This document shows, piece after piece, positions 62,953-64,000 of a stretch of DNA of 64,000 nucleotides. Origin of the DNA: an uncultured Acidobacteriota bacterium (lineage in GTDB: Bacteria; Acidobacteriota; Thermoanaerobaculia; UBA5066; Gp7-AA6); the NCBI GenBank assembly GCA_963742245.1, contig CAVULG010000006.1, positions 36,962 through 100,961 of the forward strand, written 5' to 3'. How positions within the stretch are numbered: the first letter of the stretch is position 1; each line of letters begins with the position of its first letter. The notes beneath the pieces were generated by a model, which was given only the letters and a program-made list of their open reading frames with translations, was not told the DNA's origin and ran no database searches. Made by a program: the position numbers and the translations under genes.

Positions 62953-64000
62953 ATGCGTCGACTTTGCGCTGTTCTCGCCGTCTCGGTCCTGCTCCTCGTC
63001 GCGGCTCCCGCGATCTCCCAGACCCAGCCCGCCCCCGCCCCCTCCGCGCTCGGCCAGCTCTTTCAGAAGGCCAAGGCGCAGGTGAAGGGCGAGTCCTGGG
63101 CGGAAGCCCTGAAGACTCTCGACGCCCTCGACACCGAGTCGGCCAAGGTCGGCAACGAGGCGGCCCGGGAGCAGCTCGCCGCGCCGCTCGCGTTCTACCG
63201 CGCCGTCTGCGAGGCCAACGTCGGGCAGGCCGAGAAGGCCACCGCCGACTTCGAGATTTACCTGCAGGCGCAGCCCAACGCCACGCTCGACCCGTCGATG
63301 TACTCGAAGAAGGCGATCGCGGCCTTCGAAGCGGCCCGTCAGAACGTGGCGCCGCCGCCGACCTCGGCCAGCGACGGCAAGCCCTCGATCTTCAACGCGT
63401 TTCAGGAATTCAAGACTCCGGTCAACTCCGGCGAGCAGGTCGGCGCGGCCTGGGGCGACGGACCGGTCCGCTGGATCATGACGGCCAACGAGAAGAAGCG
63501 CTGGGCGGAGCTCGCGGCCGGGACCGACTGGCAGGAGTTCGTCGATCAGTTCTGGGAGAGGCGCAATCCCCAGCCTGGAAACCCGGACAACATCGCGAAG
63601 ACGACCTTCGACCGGCGCGTCGCGTTCGCGGACGCCTATTTCGTGCAGGCCGAGGAAACGCGCGGCAGCATGACGGACCGCGGAATGGTCTTCGTCCTTC
63701 TCGGCCCGCCGACCTACGGCGGCAAGAAGCCGCTGCGGACGGGCGACGACGTCAACGACTCCGCAGGAATGTCGACGGTCGGCTCGCACGACGCGTCCAT
63801 CGCCCAGAACTCGCTGACGGCCGGCGGGAAGCCCTCGGGGGCCACGCGCGCCATCGTGTCGGACCAGTTCCACGGACCGGGGACCAAGGTCCTCGACTCC
63901 AACCCCAACTGGCGCGAGGTCTGGCACTACCGCAAGGAGCTGCTGCCCAAGGGCGTCGGCTACCAGCAGGTCGACGTCGAGTTCATCACCAAGAAGGGCT
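62953..64000 (+). CDS. secreted GWxTD-type domain protein, paralog 4 (3' end beyond the window)
   Basis: Own translation: MRRLCAVLAVSVLLLVAAPAISQ...FWERRNPQPGNPDN...GSMTDRGMVFVLLGPP...WREVWHYRKELLPKG. Not in the ORF track because no stop is reached. Confidence 0.7.
   Translation, partial: MRRLCAVLAVSVLLLVAAPAISQTQPAPAPSALGQLFQKAKAQVKGESWAEALKTLDALDTESAKVGNEAAREQLAAPLAFYRAVCEANVGQAEKATADFEIYLQAQPNATLDPSMYSKKAIAAFEAARQNVAPPPTSASDGKPSIFNAFQEFKTPVNSGEQVGAAWGDGPVRWIMTANEKKRWAELAAGTDWQEFVDQFWERRNPQPGNPDNIAKTTFDRRVAFADAYFVQAEETRGSMTDRGMVFVLLGPPTYGGKKPLRTGDDVNDSAGMSTVGSHDASIAQNSLTAGGKPSGATRAIVSDQFHGPGTKVLDSNPNWREVWHYRKELLPKGVGYQQVDVEFITKKG

Overview
Very GC-rich chromosomal window, about two-thirds to 70% G+C by eye (not computed). 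The gene content suggests Acidobacteriota or a related phylum; this is inference from PD40-propeller Ser/Thr kinases, GWxTD-type proteins, ACIII plus caa3 oxidase and MglAB. No transposase, integrase, phage, CRISPR or recognisable defence genes were seen. Gene order: MacB-type permease; two S9/DPP-IV-like peptidases; five co-directional Ser/Thr kinase genes (one with TPR, four with TolB-like beta-propellers); DUF971; CGNR zinc-finger protein; YnfA; tRNA-Ser(GGA); ECF sigma, ZAS anti-sigma and a small membrane protein; SRP RNA; dnaX-ybaB-recR; mglB-mglA; a Tat-exported PaoABC-like molybdo-flavo-FeS oxidoreductase with a PadR regulator; an AT-rich island holding a 19-aa polylysine micro-ORF with its own promoter and terminator; MqnA/MqnD-family protein; DUF4149; hbd; amidohydrolases; a sodium:solute symporter; O-methyltransferase; SirB1-like/DUF2203 protein; fRMsr; EamA; phosphoesterases; Ca2+/H+ antiporter; dioxygenase-like protein; a complete caa3 oxidase, SCO and alternative complex III (actABCDEF) supercluster; and four tandem GWxTD-type secreted paralogs. 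Most notable non-coding signal: five tandem ~216-bp copies of a GC-rich multi-hairpin element at 36.3-37.3 kb, plus a diverged solo copy at 33.05 kb that shows a compensatory stem change. Also notable are a second REP-like palindrome family and a recurrent TAGAAT-type -10 box placed 6-7 nt from start codons, implying many leaderless mRNAs. Caveat: at least ~50 single-nucleotide frameshifts are clustered in some genes (kinases 2/3, ACIII, coxI and others). The conceptual proteins stay well conserved once frames are corrected, so assembly or consensus error is more likely than true decay. All coordinates of frameshifted genes are reconstructions made by eye.
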